From the NCBI GenBank assembly GCA_040954595.2, contig CM082592.2, positions 11,813,912 to 11,877,911 on the forward strand: a DNA stretch of 64,000 bases. The letters run 5' to 3'. The translations under genes and the position numbers were made by a program. The stretch's first letter is position 1. Each line of letters starts with the position of its first letter. The notes beneath the pieces were generated by a model. It worked only from the letters and a program-made list of their open reading frames with translations. It had not been told where the DNA came from and ran no database searches. This DNA comes from Balanoglossus misakiensis. Lineage: Eukaryota; Animalia; Hemichordata. Shown piece by piece: positions 62,991 through 64,000 of this stretch.

Positions 62991-63653
62991 CTATTTATCC
63001 TCTTCTTTCTTAAACATTTGCAGTGGGTTTTTCACACCTAAGGCATACAGTAAATATATCAATGCTAGTCCTCCCAGAAAAAGCCCAGTCTCTCCAAGAA
63101 GGAATTTATTCTCCTTTTGATTTCTTATTTCTTCCATTTTCTTGACAAATTTCTTCCGTTGACGTCTTCGCTGTTCCTCGGCTAGCTGCTCTCCATATGT
63201 GCTTCGGTAGAACTCATCGAAATCAAACACCTTCTCCCCTCTGGTGTTGTACATTGTGCCTGTGAAGATTTTTCCCTTTTTCTGCATTGGAGCTCTGGCC
63301 GGTTCTGCTTTCACTTCCCCTCGGAAGTCTCTTGGCCCAAGGATTCCCTTGTCGTAGCGTCTCCTCAAAGTATGGTTACCAAGCACATTGTAGGCTTCGG
63401 TTATTTCAGAAAATTTCGCACTTGCTCCGGAATCACCCTGGTTTACATCGGGGTGATAGATTTTAGACAGGGAGTAAAAAGCAGTCTTGACTTGGGCGTG
63501 CGTAGCCTTCGCAGAAATACCAAGAACGTCATAATAATTTTTCTTGGTGCTTATTCGCGGTCTGTAAGCTTGGAGTGTACATGCACTAGTCCTGTATGGT
63601 CTTGTGGCCGTTAAACTCTTGTGCAGAGCTGAAGATGCCGTCAACTTCAACAT
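62991..63653 (-). CDS. DNAJC30: Mitochondrial J-domain protein, DNAJC30-like, intronless, 220 aa
   Basis: Basic, acid-free N-terminal presequence; J domain NYYDVLG...YHPD...FSEITEAYNVLG...RRRYD; FDFDEFYRSTYGEQL motif typical of DNAJC30; C-terminal TM segment. Confidence 0.9.
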   Translation of the reverse strand: MLKLTASSALHKSLTATRPYRTSACTLQAYRPRISTKKNYYDVLGISAKATHAQVKTAFYSLSKIYHPDVNQGDSGASAKFSEITEAYNVLGNHTLRRRYDKGILGPRDFRGEVKAEPARAPMQKKGKIFTGTMYNTRGEKVFDFDEFYRSTYGEQLAEEQRRRQRKKFVKKMEEIRNQKENKFLLGETGLFLGGLALIYLLYALGVKNPLQMFKKEEDK

Positions 63654-64000
63654 GACCTCCGTCGTGGCAATGCAACACAGTACGGAATTGTTTTCGACGG
63701 GTTGTGGAGGCTTTTTTAACTGTGCGCGTCCACGACAACGACGTAAACACCTACGAGTACTTTTGAAACTTCTGTGTCTGTCCCAGAAGACAACATACGT
63801 GAATGATGGAATTCATAGACCAACTGGCTCGACAAACTGAGCAGTGGACTGGACAATGTCAAAGAAGGTCAAAGTGTTTGTTACAGTTCTACACCGGCCG
63901 GTTGCTATGTCGTACCTACGTCAGTCTGGACTACAGTATAGAGTTGTTCACCTTTTCACCACGGCTCTCACCATGACATCGTACCACCCCACCGATGTTT

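Noticed and set aside
63973-64000. Possible start of a gene divergent from DNAJC30 (accATG ACA TCG TAC CAC...)
   Set aside because: Only nine codons are visible at the window edge, so it cannot be supported or identified.

Overview
AT-rich eukaryotic genomic DNA with spliceosomal introns, from an animal. Gene content and protein style suggest a marine invertebrate deuterostome (hemichordate or echinoderm); this is inference. Left to right: (1) two tandem paralogous class A GPCR genes on the minus strand, the first running off the left edge; (2) about 18 kb without recognisable coding sequence; (3) a 21.6-kb plus-strand gene for a type I membrane protein, traced exon by exon: signal peptide, Reeler, 25 EGF, CUB, 12 EGF, TM, short tail ending -EDNV, about 1810 aa. 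It has a second internal signal-peptide first exon, all EGF/CUB exons are phase 1-1, and two introns are dense in GCATG motifs, one holding a candidate 18-nt microexon; (4) a compact cluster of C11orf54 (minus, with a probable GC-AG intron) head-to-head with a TM-type short tRNase Z (plus), then a LIAT1-domain gene (plus, with a candidate alternative first exon) and an intronless DNAJC30-like gene (minus). No rRNA, tRNA, CRISPR array or intact autonomous transposon was seen. All exon coordinates and counts were read by hand and need RNA-seq confirmation.
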